From NCBI GenBank assembly GCA_037440005.1, contig JBBIUY010000008.1:7806-71805 (forward strand): DNA of 64,000 nucleotides. Reading direction: 5' to 3'. The notes under the pieces were generated by a model, which saw nothing but the letters and a program-made list of their open reading frames with translations, was not told the DNA's origin and did not search any database. Position numbers and translations under genes: made by a program. The stretch comes from Armatimonadota bacterium (GTDB lineage: Bacteria > Sysuimicrobiota > Sysuimicrobiia > Sysuimicrobiales > Kaftiobacteriaceae). Shown here piece after piece: positions 18,254 through 27,276 of the stretch. Numbering within the stretch: position 1 is the stretch's first letter; every line of letters starts with the position of its first letter.

Positions 18254-20299
18254 CTATCCACCCCGGCCGGCCGGTCCGGCCCGCCGCAACCGGTTCAGCG
18301 CGGCGCGGGCGGCGCGGGCGACCTCGCGGTCGCGGCGGCGCAGCCGGAACGGCGAGCTCAGCCGCCGCAGGACCGGAATCGCCTCCTGCACCCCGACGGA
18401 GGCCAGCAGCTCGATGACCCGTATCCGCAGCTGCGGGCGGGGCGCCGTCTCCGGCCGGGTCAGCAGATCGGTCAGGGCGCCGGCGGCGCGCCGCACCGTC
18501 TCCGGCCGCAGGTGGCGCACGCAGGCCTCCCGGACCTCCAGGTCCGGGTCCTGCAGAAACGCCAGCAGGGCCGCCTGGCCGTCGGCGCCGGGGAGAGGTC
18601 CCAGGGCGACCACCACGTCCCGGCGCAGCTGGGGGTCGGGGTGACGCGCCGCCGATCGCAGCGCCGCCACGGCCCGGGAGGTGCGGATGTGGACCAGCGG
18701 CGCGATGGCGGCGCGGGCGGCGGCGGCGGTGCGGTCGAGCAGGAGCGCTCCCAGCGCGTCCACGACGGCGTCTCCCATCCGGACCAGGACCGCTCCCAGC
18801 GCCTGGCGGCGGGCGGGATCGCGTTCAGAGGCGGCGGCGCGGACCAGATCGGCGCCCAGGCCCGGGCCCAGCTCGCGCAGCGCCTGCAGCACCGGGTGGT
18901 CGTCGGGCCAGGCCGTCAGGTCGCGGGCGCCGAGGCGGGACGCCATGGTGGCGACCATCCCGCGCAGTCCCGCGCGGGCGACCTCTCCCGGGCGGCCAGG
19001 AGCCCGCAGGACCGGCGCCAGGCGCCCGAGAACCGCGGCGACCACGTCGGTGGCACCGCGCTCCAGCAGGGCGTCCACGTCGGCGGCCAGGGCGGCCAGG
19101 GTCGCCTCCAGTTCCTGGGGGTCGTCCTCCCCCCGGGCCAGGCGCGCCAGGGCCAGCGCGTGCTCCCGCAGGACCGCGTCGTCGTCCACGGACGCCTCCT
19201 CCCGCAGGGCGGCGATCTCCTCGTCGGTGACCAGGAGGCTGTCGTCGGAGACCTGGTAGTCCGAGAGGTCCTGGGGGATGTCCCGGACCCACGGCGGCAG
19301 CCGCAGTTCCTCCGGGACCGGAGGCAGGTCGAAGGTGCGCCCGGTGTGCTGGCTGACCAGGGCCAGCGCGTCGCGGGCCTTGTCGGGGTCGAAGGGGAGG
19401 CCGCGGGCCACCTGGGCCACCTGGGGGGGAGGTTCGCCTTCCTCCAGGCACGGGATGACCATGCGGGCGATCTGCTCGCTGGTCATGGCCGCCAGCAGCG
19501 CCCGGGCCGACAGGTCCTGGGCCGCCCGCTCCAGGACGGCCCGGTGCACGTCGCGCGAATGCGGGTCGGACAGGTCCGTGACCGCCGACGCCAGGTGCTG
19601 GAGCAGCTGCTGGGAGTCGGCGGCCGGCGTGTCGGCGATCAGCCGGTCCACCGCGGCCAGCGCCGCGTACACCCGCGCGCCCAGGGCGTGGCCTGCGGCG
19701 GCGTCGGGGAACGCCTGCCGAGTCCGCTCCACCAGGACCGACAGCAGCCGGGCGGCGTGCTGGGGTCCCGCCCGCAGCACGCCCACCAGCGCCGCCCTCT
19801 CCGCCGCGGACAGGGAGCCGTCCAGCAGGCGGTGGTACGTCTCCAGGGAGATCTGGGCGGGGTCGTCGTCGCTCGGCCGCAGCTCCACCACCCGGGCGTG
19901 GTCGATGCGGTGGGCCACGAGCAATCCCGCGAGCCCTCCTTCCCGCAGGATGACCTCGGGGTCCATGGTCACCACGTCCAGCAGCCGGTGGGCCTCGTCC
20001 TCGGTCAGGCCCGGCAGCAGGACCAGCTGCCAGACGCCGGCCGAGTACAGCTGCAGGGCCAGGCTGTCGATGGACTCGCCTCCCTCGAACGGGCGTCCTT
20101 CCAGGATCAGGCCGTCCCGGTGGGTCTCCAGGACGAACCCTCCGTAGCGCTCGTGGAAGGAGGCCAGGGTGGCCACCAGCGCCTGCACGGTCTGGGCGCG
20201 CAGGGGGTGTCCCGCCGCGTACAGCCGGCGGGATTTCACGGCCGCGTTCAGCCGCCGCACCACCGCGGCCGCCGCCTGGGCCCGGCCCGAGACGCTCAT
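18254..20299 (-). CDS. HEAT-repeat protein
   Basis: C-terminal HEAT/PBS-lyase-like repeats (HPDPQLRRDVV, DPDLEVREAC). Confidence 0.72.
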   Translation of the reverse strand: MSVSGRAQAAAAVVRRLNAAVKSRRLYAAGHPLRAQTVQALVATLASFHERYGGFVLETHRDGLILEGRPFEGGESIDSLALQLYSAGVWQLVLLPGLTEDEAHRLLDVVTMDPEVILREGGLAGLLVAHRIDHARVVELRPSDDDPAQISLETYHRLLDGSLSAAERAALVGVLRAGPQHAARLLSVLVERTRQAFPDAAAGHALGARVYAALAAVDRLIADTPAADSQQLLQHLASAVTDLSDPHSRDVHRAVLERAAQDLSARALLAAMTSEQIARMVIPCLEEGEPPPQVAQVARGLPFDPDKARDALALVSQHTGRTFDLPPVPEELRLPPWVRDIPQDLSDYQVSDDSLLVTDEEIAALREEASVDDDAVLREHALALARLARGEDDPQELEATLAALAADVDALLERGATDVVAAVLGRLAPVLRAPGRPGEVARAGLRGMVATMASRLGARDLTAWPDDHPVLQALRELGPGLGADLVRAAASERDPARRQALGAVLVRMGDAVVDALGALLLDRTAAAARAAIAPLVHIRTSRAVAALRSAARHPDPQLRRDVVVALGPLPGADGQAALLAFLQDPDLEVREACVRHLRPETVRRAAGALTDLLTRPETAPRPQLRIRVIELLASVGVQEAIPVLRRLSSPFRLRRRDREVARAARAALNRLRRAGPAGRGG

Positions 20300-20395
20300 G
20301 GTGGAGGGTCCCCCCTGTAAGGAATGCCCGGAATCCTCCACGGAAACTCCCGGGCGGAGCCCGGGCAGGGTTTCGGCGGCCGTCCCGCCGGGCCG

Positions 20396-21202
20396 TCAGG
20401 GTGAGGGCAGGCGCCCGCGCAGGTAGATCTCCCGCAGACCGTCCTGCCGGTAGTGGTAGACGCTGATCACGTCCAGCGGGCCCCCGGGCACCGGCCCCGC
20501 GAACAGCCGGGGCTGGGCGGGGTCGCCGCCGACCCGCAGGGTCACCGTCAGGAACACCTCGTCCACCAGGCCGGCGCGCACCAGAGCGGTGGTCAGCGTC
20601 GGGCCGCCCTCGCACAGCAGCCGGCGGACTCCCCGGCCGGCCAGATGGCGCAGGGCCGCCCGCAGGTCCACGCCTCCGTCGGGGCCGGCGGGCAGGACCT
20701 CGACGGCGACCCCCCGGGCGCGGACCCGGGCGACGTCGGCGGGGTCGGCCTGCGGCGTGGTGAGGACCAGGCGGTCGAAGTCGGCGCGGCGGAAGAACTG
20801 CTTGCCGAACGTCTGTGGATCGAACTGACAGGTGGCGCTGAGCAGCACCGCCGGCGGGTTGGGCGGGAATCCCGCCCGCCGGCGCCGTTCCTGCAGCCAG
20901 GGGTGGGTGGTCACCACCACGTCGTCCCGGCGCAGGGTGCCGGCGCCGGAGAGGACCGCGTCGGCGTGCACCCGCAGCTGCCGGAACAGGTGGTGGTCCA
21001 CCTCGGTGCCGATGGCCCACGCCGACCCGCCCACGGCCGTCTGCCCGTCCAGGGTCACGACCATGTTCAGGTACACGAAGGGCCGGTCCGGGCCGCCCGA
21101 GGGCAGCTCCAGGTCCGCGTAGACGGTCTCCAGGGGCACCGCCCGCGGATAGGGCTCGCGGGCGTGGAAGACCAGGTCCAGGTGAGACGGCAGGGACGCC
21201 AC
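20396..21202 (-). CDS. RibD C-terminal (pyrimidine reductase / DHFR-like) protein
   Basis: PFVYLNMVVTLDG, ADAVLSGAGT and LLCEGGPTL motifs; start inferred at a GTG with RBS. Confidence 0.82.
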   Translation of the reverse strand: MASLPSHLDLVFHAREPYPRAVPLETVYADLELPSGGPDRPFVYLNMVVTLDGQTAVGGSAWAIGTEVDHHLFRQLRVHADAVLSGAGTLRRDDVVVTTHPWLQERRRRAGFPPNPPAVLLSATCQFDPQTFGKQFFRRADFDRLVLTTPQADPADVARVRARGVAVEVLPAGPDGGVDLRAALRHLAGRGVRRLLCEGGPTLTTALVRAGLVDEVFLTVTLRVGGDPAQPRLFAGPVPGGPLDVISVYHYRQDGLREIYLRGRLPSP

Positions 21203-21240
21203 CGCCACCTCGCCGCTGCGTGTCCGCGTGTCGTCCTCAT

Positions 21241-21282
21241 CCCTCTTCCTTCTTCCCTCTTCCCTCTTCCCTCCTGTATAAT
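21241..21282 (+). promoter_or_regulatory. Pyrimidine heptamer run (CTCTTCC-like, about 4 copies) followed by a TATAAT -10 box for the tRNA pair
   Basis: TATAAT at 21277-21282, about 20 nt before tRNA-Asp. Confidence 0.6.
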
Positions 21283-21302
21283 GCGCTGTGCGGGAGCGGA
21301 GC

Positions 21303-21381
21303 GGGGGCGTGGTGTAGCCTGGTTCAACACACCTGCCTGTCACGCAGGAGATCGCGGGTTCAAATCCCGTCGCTCCCGCCA
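21303..21381 (+). tRNA. tRNA-Asp(GTC)
   Basis: Cloverleaf with GGGGGCG/CGCTCCC acceptor stem, CCTGC-CTGTCAC-GCAGG anticodon arm, TTCAAAT T-loop and encoded CCA. Confidence 0.95.
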
Positions 21382-21382
21382 T

Positions 21383-21458
21383 GCCGGGGTAGCTCAGTTG
21401 GTAGAGCGCGGGCCTGAAGAGCCCGGCGTCGGCGGTTCAAGTCCGTCCCCCGGCACCA
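21383..21458 (+). tRNA. tRNA-Phe(GAA)
   Basis: GCCGGGG/CCCCGGC acceptor stem, CGGGC-CTGAAGA-GCCCG anticodon arm, encoded CCA. Confidence 0.95.
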
Positions 21459-21600
21459 GGGCGGCCGTGACGGCGGGGTGGCGCTGACGGTCCGCCCACG
21501 GGCATCACGCGATGGAGCTCGCGTAACCGCCCGCCGCGACGGGCTGATAGCTCCTACCGGAAGTCCGGTGGGAGCTTTGCTGCTTATGGGGGAATCACCG

Positions 21601-22044
21601 GTGACCGCAGACGTCGTCCTGACCGACGAGGACTACCGGCGGCTGTCGGCCGCCCTGCGCGTCCGGGGACGGCCGACCCCGCAGGGATTCGCCTGGCTCA
21701 TCGGCGAGGGCCTCCTGCACTACCGGCGCGACCAGGAGGCCTGGGCCACCGCGTCCGACGGCCCCGACGCCCGGGAACTCCAGCGGCGAGAAGCCCGGGC
21801 CCACCTGCTTTTGATGCGGACCCGGGCGGCCGAGCTGGACGCCCGGGTCGCCGCGTTGCGGGAGACGGTGGCGGATCTGGGCCCCCGATACCGGCAGCTG
21901 CGCGCCGTCCTGTTCGCTCTGCAGCGGGAGCGTCGCGCCCTCCGGACCGCGGCCTCTTCCGCTCCGTCCGACCTGCCGCCCCGCCGTCCCGGGCTGGTGG
22001 CCCGCCTGCGAGAGGTGCTCCGCGGGGCCCGGTGGCGATGGTGA
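21601..22044 (+). CDS. Hypothetical coiled-coil protein
   Basis: Natural composition with a heptad-like helix; overlaps the next gene; start uncertain (21586 or 21601). Confidence 0.55.
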   Translation: MTADVVLTDEDYRRLSAALRVRGRPTPQGFAWLIGEGLLHYRRDQEAWATASDGPDARELQRREARAHLLLMRTRAAELDARVAALRETVADLGPRYRQLRAVLFALQRERRALRTAASSAPSDLPPRRPGLVARLREVLRGARWRW

Positions 22045-22460
22045 CGGTCACGGTGTCCCTGGACGCCCCGCTGTGGGAGCAGGTCGTGGTGCTGGCCCGC
22101 GCCCAGGGATGGTCGGTGCCCGACGCGGTCCTGATCCTGCTCGGCTACGGGGCGGCCGTGCACCTCGACGAGCTGACCGACGACCCTGTGGCCGCCCTGG
22201 GAGCGGCCCGGGCGGAGCTGGCACTGCTGCGCCACCGGGCGTTCAGCGCGGGAGAGGCGGTCCGGGACCTCCAGATGACCATCACGGGGCTGACCGCGTC
22301 CATCGCCCAGGCCGAGCGGTCTCTGGCCGTTCTGCAGCCCCTGGTGGCACAGCTGCGGGCCCGCGCGGAGCCGTCCGCCGCCGCCGCCACCGGCCCGTCC
22401 GCTCGGGACAGGCTGTGTGCCTTTCTGGCCCGCGGTCGCCCGGGGACTCCCGGGACGTGA
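22038..22460 (+). CDS. Hypothetical coiled-coil protein, likely paralogue of the upstream gene
   Basis: Similar length and layout to the upstream ORF; operon-like overlap. Confidence 0.6.
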   Translation: MVTVTVSLDAPLWEQVVVLARAQGWSVPDAVLILLGYGAAVHLDELTDDPVAALGAARAELALLRHRAFSAGEAVRDLQMTITGLTASIAQAERSLAVLQPLVAQLRARAEPSAAAATGPSARDRLCAFLARGRPGTPGT

Positions 22461-22463
22461 CCC

Positions 22464-23189
22464 GTGTCTCCCCCGGTGCGCCGATCGTCCGCGCCGTCGG
22501 TTCCGCCCGACGACATCACCATGGTCAAGGTGCGGGAGGCCCTGCGCCGGGGCGGCTGCCCGGTCTGCCGCGTCGCCTCCGCATCGGCGCGCCGGTACCT
22601 GTGGGGGTTCCTGTACGAGCAGGTCAACGACCCTGAGGTGCGGGACACGCTGCGGCGGTCCCGGGGCTTTTGCCGCCACCACGCCTGGATGCTCACCCAG
22701 TTTTACGACACCCTGGGCGTGTCCATCGTCCACCACCACCTGGTCCGGGATCTCGCCCAGGACCTGCGGGCTGTCGCCGGGGGCGCCCGCGGCCTCCGCC
22801 CGCGCGCGCCGGCGCGTACCCAGCCCTGTCCGGCCTGCCGGGTGGTGCGCCAGAGCGAGCAGAACGCGCTGGAGGCGCTGGTGCAGCGCCTGGACGACGA
22901 ACAGGTCCGCGCCGGCCTGGCCGGGGACGCTCCCCTGTGCCTGCCGCACCTGCTGGCCGCGTGGGACCGTGTTCCCGACGCCGCCGCGCTGCGGCGTCTG
23001 GCCGCGCTGCAGGTGTCCGCGCTGGAGGCGCTGGGCCGGCAACTGGAGGAGTTCATCCGCAAGCAGGACTACCGCTTCCGGCACGAAGGGGTCAGCGCGC
23101 AGGAGGGGACGGCGTGGCTGCGGGCCCTCGAGGTCCTGGCGGGAAGCGACCCGCTGGAGGACCGGCGCCCGGGCGAGCCCGGAGGGTGA
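22464..23189 (+). CDS. DUF6062-like protein with a duplicated Cys/His zinc-binding module
   Basis: CPVC...GFCRHH and CPAC...LCLPHL; start may be the ATG at 22521. Confidence 0.72.
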   Translation: MSPPVRRSSAPSVPPDDITMVKVREALRRGGCPVCRVASASARRYLWGFLYEQVNDPEVRDTLRRSRGFCRHHAWMLTQFYDTLGVSIVHHHLVRDLAQDLRAVAGGARGLRPRAPARTQPCPACRVVRQSEQNALEALVQRLDDEQVRAGLAGDAPLCLPHLLAAWDRVPDAAALRRLAALQVSALEALGRQLEEFIRKQDYRFRHEGVSAQEGTAWLRALEVLAGSDPLEDRRPGEPGG

Positions 23190-23201
23190 GGTGATCGGTC
23201 G

Positions 23202-24383
23202 GTGAGCCGGCCCGCACCGTCCGCAGGGGCGGCGATGCGCTTCATCGTGCTGCTGGGTCTGGTGAGCCTGGCGGCCGATATGACCTACGAAGGCGCCCGC
23301 AGCGTCACCGGTCCCTTCCTGGGCGTCCTGGGCGCCGGCGCCGTCGTCGTCGCGACCACCTCCGGCCTGGGAGAGCTCGTCGGCTACGGCCTGCGGGCGG
23401 CCTCCGGCTACCTCAGCGACCGCACGGGACGCTACTGGGCCGTCACCGGCGTCGGCTACGCCGTCAACCTGCTGGCCGTGCCGCTGCTGGCGGTGGCCGG
23501 CCGGTGGGAGGTGGCGGCCGGGTTGATCGTCGCCGAGAGGGTCGGCAAGGCGGTCCGCACGCCGGCCCGGGACGCCATGCTCTCCCACGCCGCCGCGGCC
23601 GTGGGCCGGGGATGGGGGTTCGGCCTGCACGAAGCCCTGGACCAGGTGGGGGCGGTGGCGGGCCCGCTGCTGGTGGCGGCGGTCCTGGCGGCAGGCGGCG
23701 GCTACCGGACGGCCTTCGCGGTCCTGGCAGCTCCCGCGGTGGTGGCCCTGGCCACGCTGCTCCTGGCGCGGCTGTCCTACCCGTCTCCCCGGCGCCTGGA
23801 AGCGGAGGTCCCGTCCGCGCCGGCCCCGTGGCCTCGCAGGTTCTGGCTGTACCTGGCGGGCACCGGGCTGGTCGCCGCCGGGTTTGCCGACTTCCCCCTG
23901 GTGGCGTTCCACGTGGCGCGGCACCGCCTGGCGCCCGACGCCTGGATTGCGGGCCTGTACGCTCTGGCGATGGGCGTGGACGCCCTGGCGGCGCTGGTTG
24001 TGGGCCGGCTATATGACCGCGCGGGCGTGGTGGTGCTGGCGTGGGCGGTGGCGGCCGCCGCCCTGTTCGCGCCGCTGGTCTTTGTGGGGTCGCTGCCCGG
24101 GGTGCTGGTCGGAGTGGCGCTGTGGGGCCTGGGGATGGGCGCCCAGGAGTCGGTCATGCGCGCGGCGGTGGCGGGCCTGGTCGCGCCGCCGCACCGCGGC
24201 GCGGCCTTCGGCCTGTTCCACGCCTGGTACGGCGTCACCTGGTTTGCCGGCAGCGCCCTGATGGGCGTCCTGTACGAGATCTCGCCGGCGTGGGTGGCGG
24301 CGTTCTCGGTGGCCGCCCAGGCGGCGGCGGTCCCGCTGCTGCTGGCAGGGGCGCGGGCGGACGGCCGTCCGCGGGCGCCGTAG
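23202..24383 (+). CDS. MFS transporter
   Basis: About 12 TM segments; ADMTYEGARS, GYLSDRTG and ERVGKAVRTPARD. Confidence 0.85.
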   Translation: MSRPAPSAGAAMRFIVLLGLVSLAADMTYEGARSVTGPFLGVLGAGAVVVATTSGLGELVGYGLRAASGYLSDRTGRYWAVTGVGYAVNLLAVPLLAVAGRWEVAAGLIVAERVGKAVRTPARDAMLSHAAAAVGRGWGFGLHEALDQVGAVAGPLLVAAVLAAGGGYRTAFAVLAAPAVVALATLLLARLSYPSPRRLEAEVPSAPAPWPRRFWLYLAGTGLVAAGFADFPLVAFHVARHRLAPDAWIAGLYALAMGVDALAALVVGRLYDRAGVVVLAWAVAAAALFAPLVFVGSLPGVLVGVALWGLGMGAQESVMRAAVAGLVAPPHRGAAFGLFHAWYGVTWFAGSALMGVLYEISPAWVAAFSVAAQAAAVPLLLAGARADGRPRAP

Positions 24384-24389
24384 ATGCGG

Positions 24390-25817
24390 TCAGGGCGCCG
24401 ACGCACTGCGGGGGATTCGCCCGGCGTGCCCGCGGGGCGGGGAGGGGAGATACGCTCCCGCCGCCACCAGGCGGCGCTGCAGCTCGGCCACCAGGCGCAT
24501 GTCGCTTGCCAGCCGGGTGGGGGTGGTCTCGCGTTCCAGCGCCAGGGCGGCGGCCTCCCCGGCGGCCTCCCCCAGGGACATCCCTGTGGGGATGATCCGC
24601 AACGACCCCCAGGCCAGGTGGGTGGCCGAGAACGCCTTGCCCACCACCATCAGGCGGTCCACTCCCACCGGCACCAGGGCCCGGAAGGGGACCGTGTAGA
24701 CCCGGCGCACCGGCCGCAGCAGGTTCACCTGGCCGCGGGCGTAGGGGTGCAGGTCGATGGGGTACGACGCGACCGCGATGCGGTCGGGGAAGACCCGTTC
24801 GTGCATGATGTCCTCGGCGGTCATGCGGTACAGCCCGACGATGTGCCGCGTCTCCCGGACGTACAGGTACGGGGCCGCCCCCGCCAGGGTGGCGCGGGCG
24901 AACCCGGGGGCGGAGGACCGCAGGAAGGCCACCACAGCCGGCAGCTCGGCGAGGGCCAGCTCCCGCCCCTGGGCCACCGACCGGGGGTCGGCGCCGTCCA
25001 CGTCGAAGATCTGCAGGGCGTTGACCAGCACGGTCCCGTCGCTCTGCCATCCCAGGTTGAGGTCAAACAAACCCAGCCGCGGGATGGACGGGACGTAGCG
25101 GCGGGCGATCTGGCTGTACCCCCACGCGTACCGGCCGCGCACCCCGCCCCGGCGGTGGGGGACGTCCTCGCTGGCCACGTACCGGCTGACGGCGGCGGCG
25201 TCCACCCCGTCCAGCCGGAAGATCAAAGTGGCGGCCTGGGTGCGGCGGTCCCCCCCGCTGTCCTCGCGACCGACGGTGAACGGCACGCCGCTGGCCACCG
25301 CCACGGCGCCGTCGTCGGTGGCGTCGATCACCTGGCGGGCGCGGACCAGCCACTGCTGGCCGGTCTGCCGGTCCGCCAGAACCGCCCCCGCCAGAGCGCC
25401 GGCGTCCAGCACCGGACGGACCACCGTTGTGTGGGTCCGCACCACCAGGCGCGGCTGGGAGCCGACCAGGTCGTCGAAGACCGCCTGGGCCTGATCGATG
25501 TCGAAGGTCTGCCCCAGCTGCTGGTACACCCGGGCGAACAGACCCCCCGCGAGGATCTTTCCCCGGGGCGTCCGGTTGAGGTCCAGCATGTCCAGCCAGG
25601 CCAGGGTGATGTCGCCGCCGATGGCCTCGCGGGGCTCCACTAGCAGCACCCTGGCTCCGGCCCGCGCGGCGGCCACGGCGGCGGCGATGCCGGACGGTCC
25701 GCCGCCCACCACCAGCACGTCCGCGTCCACGGCGGCGTCGGCCGGAGGGCGGTCCACCGCCGCGACGCCGACCAGCAGGACGGCCGCGGCAACTCCGACA
25801 CCCAGCGCTCTGCCCAT
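24390..25817 (-). CDS. Secreted FAD-dependent oxidoreductase
   Basis: Signal peptide; VLVVGGGPSG, IDATDDG and YVRETRHIVG motifs. Confidence 0.8.
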   Translation of the reverse strand: MGRALGVGVAAAVLLVGVAAVDRPPADAAVDADVLVVGGGPSGIAAAVAAARAGARVLLVEPREAIGGDITLAWLDMLDLNRTPRGKILAGGLFARVYQQLGQTFDIDQAQAVFDDLVGSQPRLVVRTHTTVVRPVLDAGALAGAVLADRQTGQQWLVRARQVIDATDDGAVAVASGVPFTVGREDSGGDRRTQAATLIFRLDGVDAAAVSRYVASEDVPHRRGGVRGRYAWGYSQIARRYVPSIPRLGLFDLNLGWQSDGTVLVNALQIFDVDGADPRSVAQGRELALAELPAVVAFLRSSAPGFARATLAGAAPYLYVRETRHIVGLYRMTAEDIMHERVFPDRIAVASYPIDLHPYARGQVNLLRPVRRVYTVPFRALVPVGVDRLMVVGKAFSATHLAWGSLRIIPTGMSLGEAAGEAAALALERETTPTRLASDMRLVAELQRRLVAAGAYLPSPPRGHAGRIPRSASAP

Positions 25818-25993
25818 CGCCGGTTCTCCGCCGGCCGCCCCCCGGACAGTGCGAGCGTCCGCCTGTCCCGGGAGGTTCCCCGCCCCTGCGGCCGGCTATC
25901 CCCTCTATGCCCCCGGGGCGGCGGATGAGGCGCGGGCGTATAATGGCAGGTGGAGATCCGGTGTCGTCACATCGGCGCGGAGGAGGGATCGTC

Positions 25994-26314
25994 ATGGCCA
26001 ACCGCAGCGAGTTCATCGCGGGACTGGTGGTCGGCGCCCTGGTGGGGGTGGGCGTGGGCCTGCTGCTGGCGCCCCGGTCGGGGGAGGAGACCCGCGGGCG
26101 GCTGCGGGGCAAGGCCGACGAGATGGCCGACCGGCTGCGCGGCCGGACCCGCGACGTCACCAACCAGCTCAAGGAGACGGTGGAGGAGCTGGGCAGCCGG
26201 ATGCGCCGCAGCGCCGACGAGGTCACCGCCCGGGTCCAGAAGGCGCTGGGCGAGCAGGTGCAGCGGCTGCAGGCCGCTCTGGAGCGGCCCGGGACTCCTC
26301 CCGAGCACAACTGA
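25994..26314 (+). CDS. YtxH-domain protein
   Basis: GLVVGALVG...LLLAPRSGEETR; AGGAGG RBS; TATAAT at 25939-25944. Confidence 0.85.
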   Translation: MANRSEFIAGLVVGALVGVGVGLLLAPRSGEETRGRLRGKADEMADRLRGRTRDVTNQLKETVEELGSRMRRSADEVTARVQKALGEQVQRLQAALERPGTPPEHN

Positions 26315-26365
26315 CCCTGCCGGCCCCACAGCGGAGCAGCTCCACCCCTGCTTTTGCCGTTCTCT

Positions 26366-26397
26366 ATATTGACGAACTTCGATTTTTAGAGTACCGT
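26366..26397 (+). promoter_or_regulatory. ars promoter (TTGACG-N17-TACCGT) with an overlapping ArsR-type imperfect inverted repeat
   Basis: ATATTGA-N6-TCGATTT overlapping the -35 element, directly upstream of arsR. Confidence 0.55.
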
Positions 26398-26410
26398 GGT
26401 CCCACGCGTG

Positions 26411-26821
26411 ATGCGGAGTCGCCCCGTGGCCGTCTCACTTCCTTCCCGTCTGTCCGACGACGGGCGGCGGGCCCCTGCGCGCCGCCCGTGCTGCCGCGGG
26501 AGGTGCGCGTCGGTGGTGGCCGCCACCCGGCTGGACCGGCGCGACCTGGCGCAGCGGGCGGAGGCGCTGGCGGCGGTGGGCGATCCGGTGCGGCTGGCCA
26601 TGGTGACCCTGTTGGCCCGCCACCAAGCGCTGTGCGTGTGCGAGATCCAGACCGCCTTCGACCTGGGCCAGCCGACGATCTCTCACCATTTGAAGGTGCT
26701 GCGGGAGGTCGGGCTGGTGACCGTGGAGCGGCGGGGGCTGTGGGCCTACTACTCCCTGCGCCGGGACGCCCTCAGCGACCTGGCGCAGGACCTGCTCACC
26801 CTGGCCCGGCCGCAGGGGTAG
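26411..26821 (+). CDS. arsR: ArsR/SmtB family arsenic-responsive repressor
   Basis: GDPVRL, LCVCEI and QPTISHHLKVL motifs plus an N-terminal CC pair; start uncertain. Confidence 0.85.
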   Translation: MRSRPVAVSLPSRLSDDGRRAPARRPCCRGRCASVVAATRLDRRDLAQRAEALAAVGDPVRLAMVTLLARHQALCVCEIQTAFDLGQPTISHHLKVLREVGLVTVERRGLWAYYSLRRDALSDLAQDLLTLARPQG

Positions 26822-26826
26822 CCCCC

Positions 26827-27276
26827 ATGGAGATCCGACCCGCTGGTCCGTCCGATCTGCCCGCCATCCAGTCCCTGCTGGCCGCCGCCGGTCTCCCTCC
26901 GAACGGCGTGGCCGAGCAGAGGGGAGGGTTCGTGGTCGCCGTCGAGGGAGACCAGGTGGTGGCCTGCGCCGGATTGGAGGTCTACGGGCCGCACGGCCTG
27001 CTGCGTTCGGTGGCCGTGCGGCCCGACCGTCGCGGCCGCGGTGTGGGACGGGCTCTGGTCAGTCACCTGGCCGCGCGCGCCCGCGCGTCGGGCCTGACCG
27101 ATGTCTACCTGCTGACGACCACCGCCGCGGACTACTTCTCCCGGCTGGGCTTTCACCCGGTGGACCGGGACCAGGTCCCGGAGGACGTGAGGACGTCTGC
27201 GGAGTTCACGGCAACCTGCTGCGCCACCGCCCGGGCGATGCGCCGGACGCTGCGGGCCGGAGGAGAGACACCGTGA
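26827..27276 (+). CDS. arsN2: Arsenic-resistance GNAT N-acetyltransferase, ArsN2 family
   Basis: GLLRSVAV, RGRGVG, VYLLTTTAADYF and SAEFTATCC motifs; ars context. Confidence 0.75.
   Translation: MEIRPAGPSDLPAIQSLLAAAGLPPNGVAEQRGGFVVAVEGDQVVACAGLEVYGPHGLLRSVAVRPDRRGRGVGRALVSHLAARARASGLTDVYLLTTTAADYFSRLGFHPVDRDQVPEDVRTSAEFTATCCATARAMRRTLRAGGETP

Noticed and set aside
21203-21382. N-terminal extension of the RibD-like ORF
   Set aside because: It runs antisense through tRNA-Asp and its promoter; the true start is near 21202.
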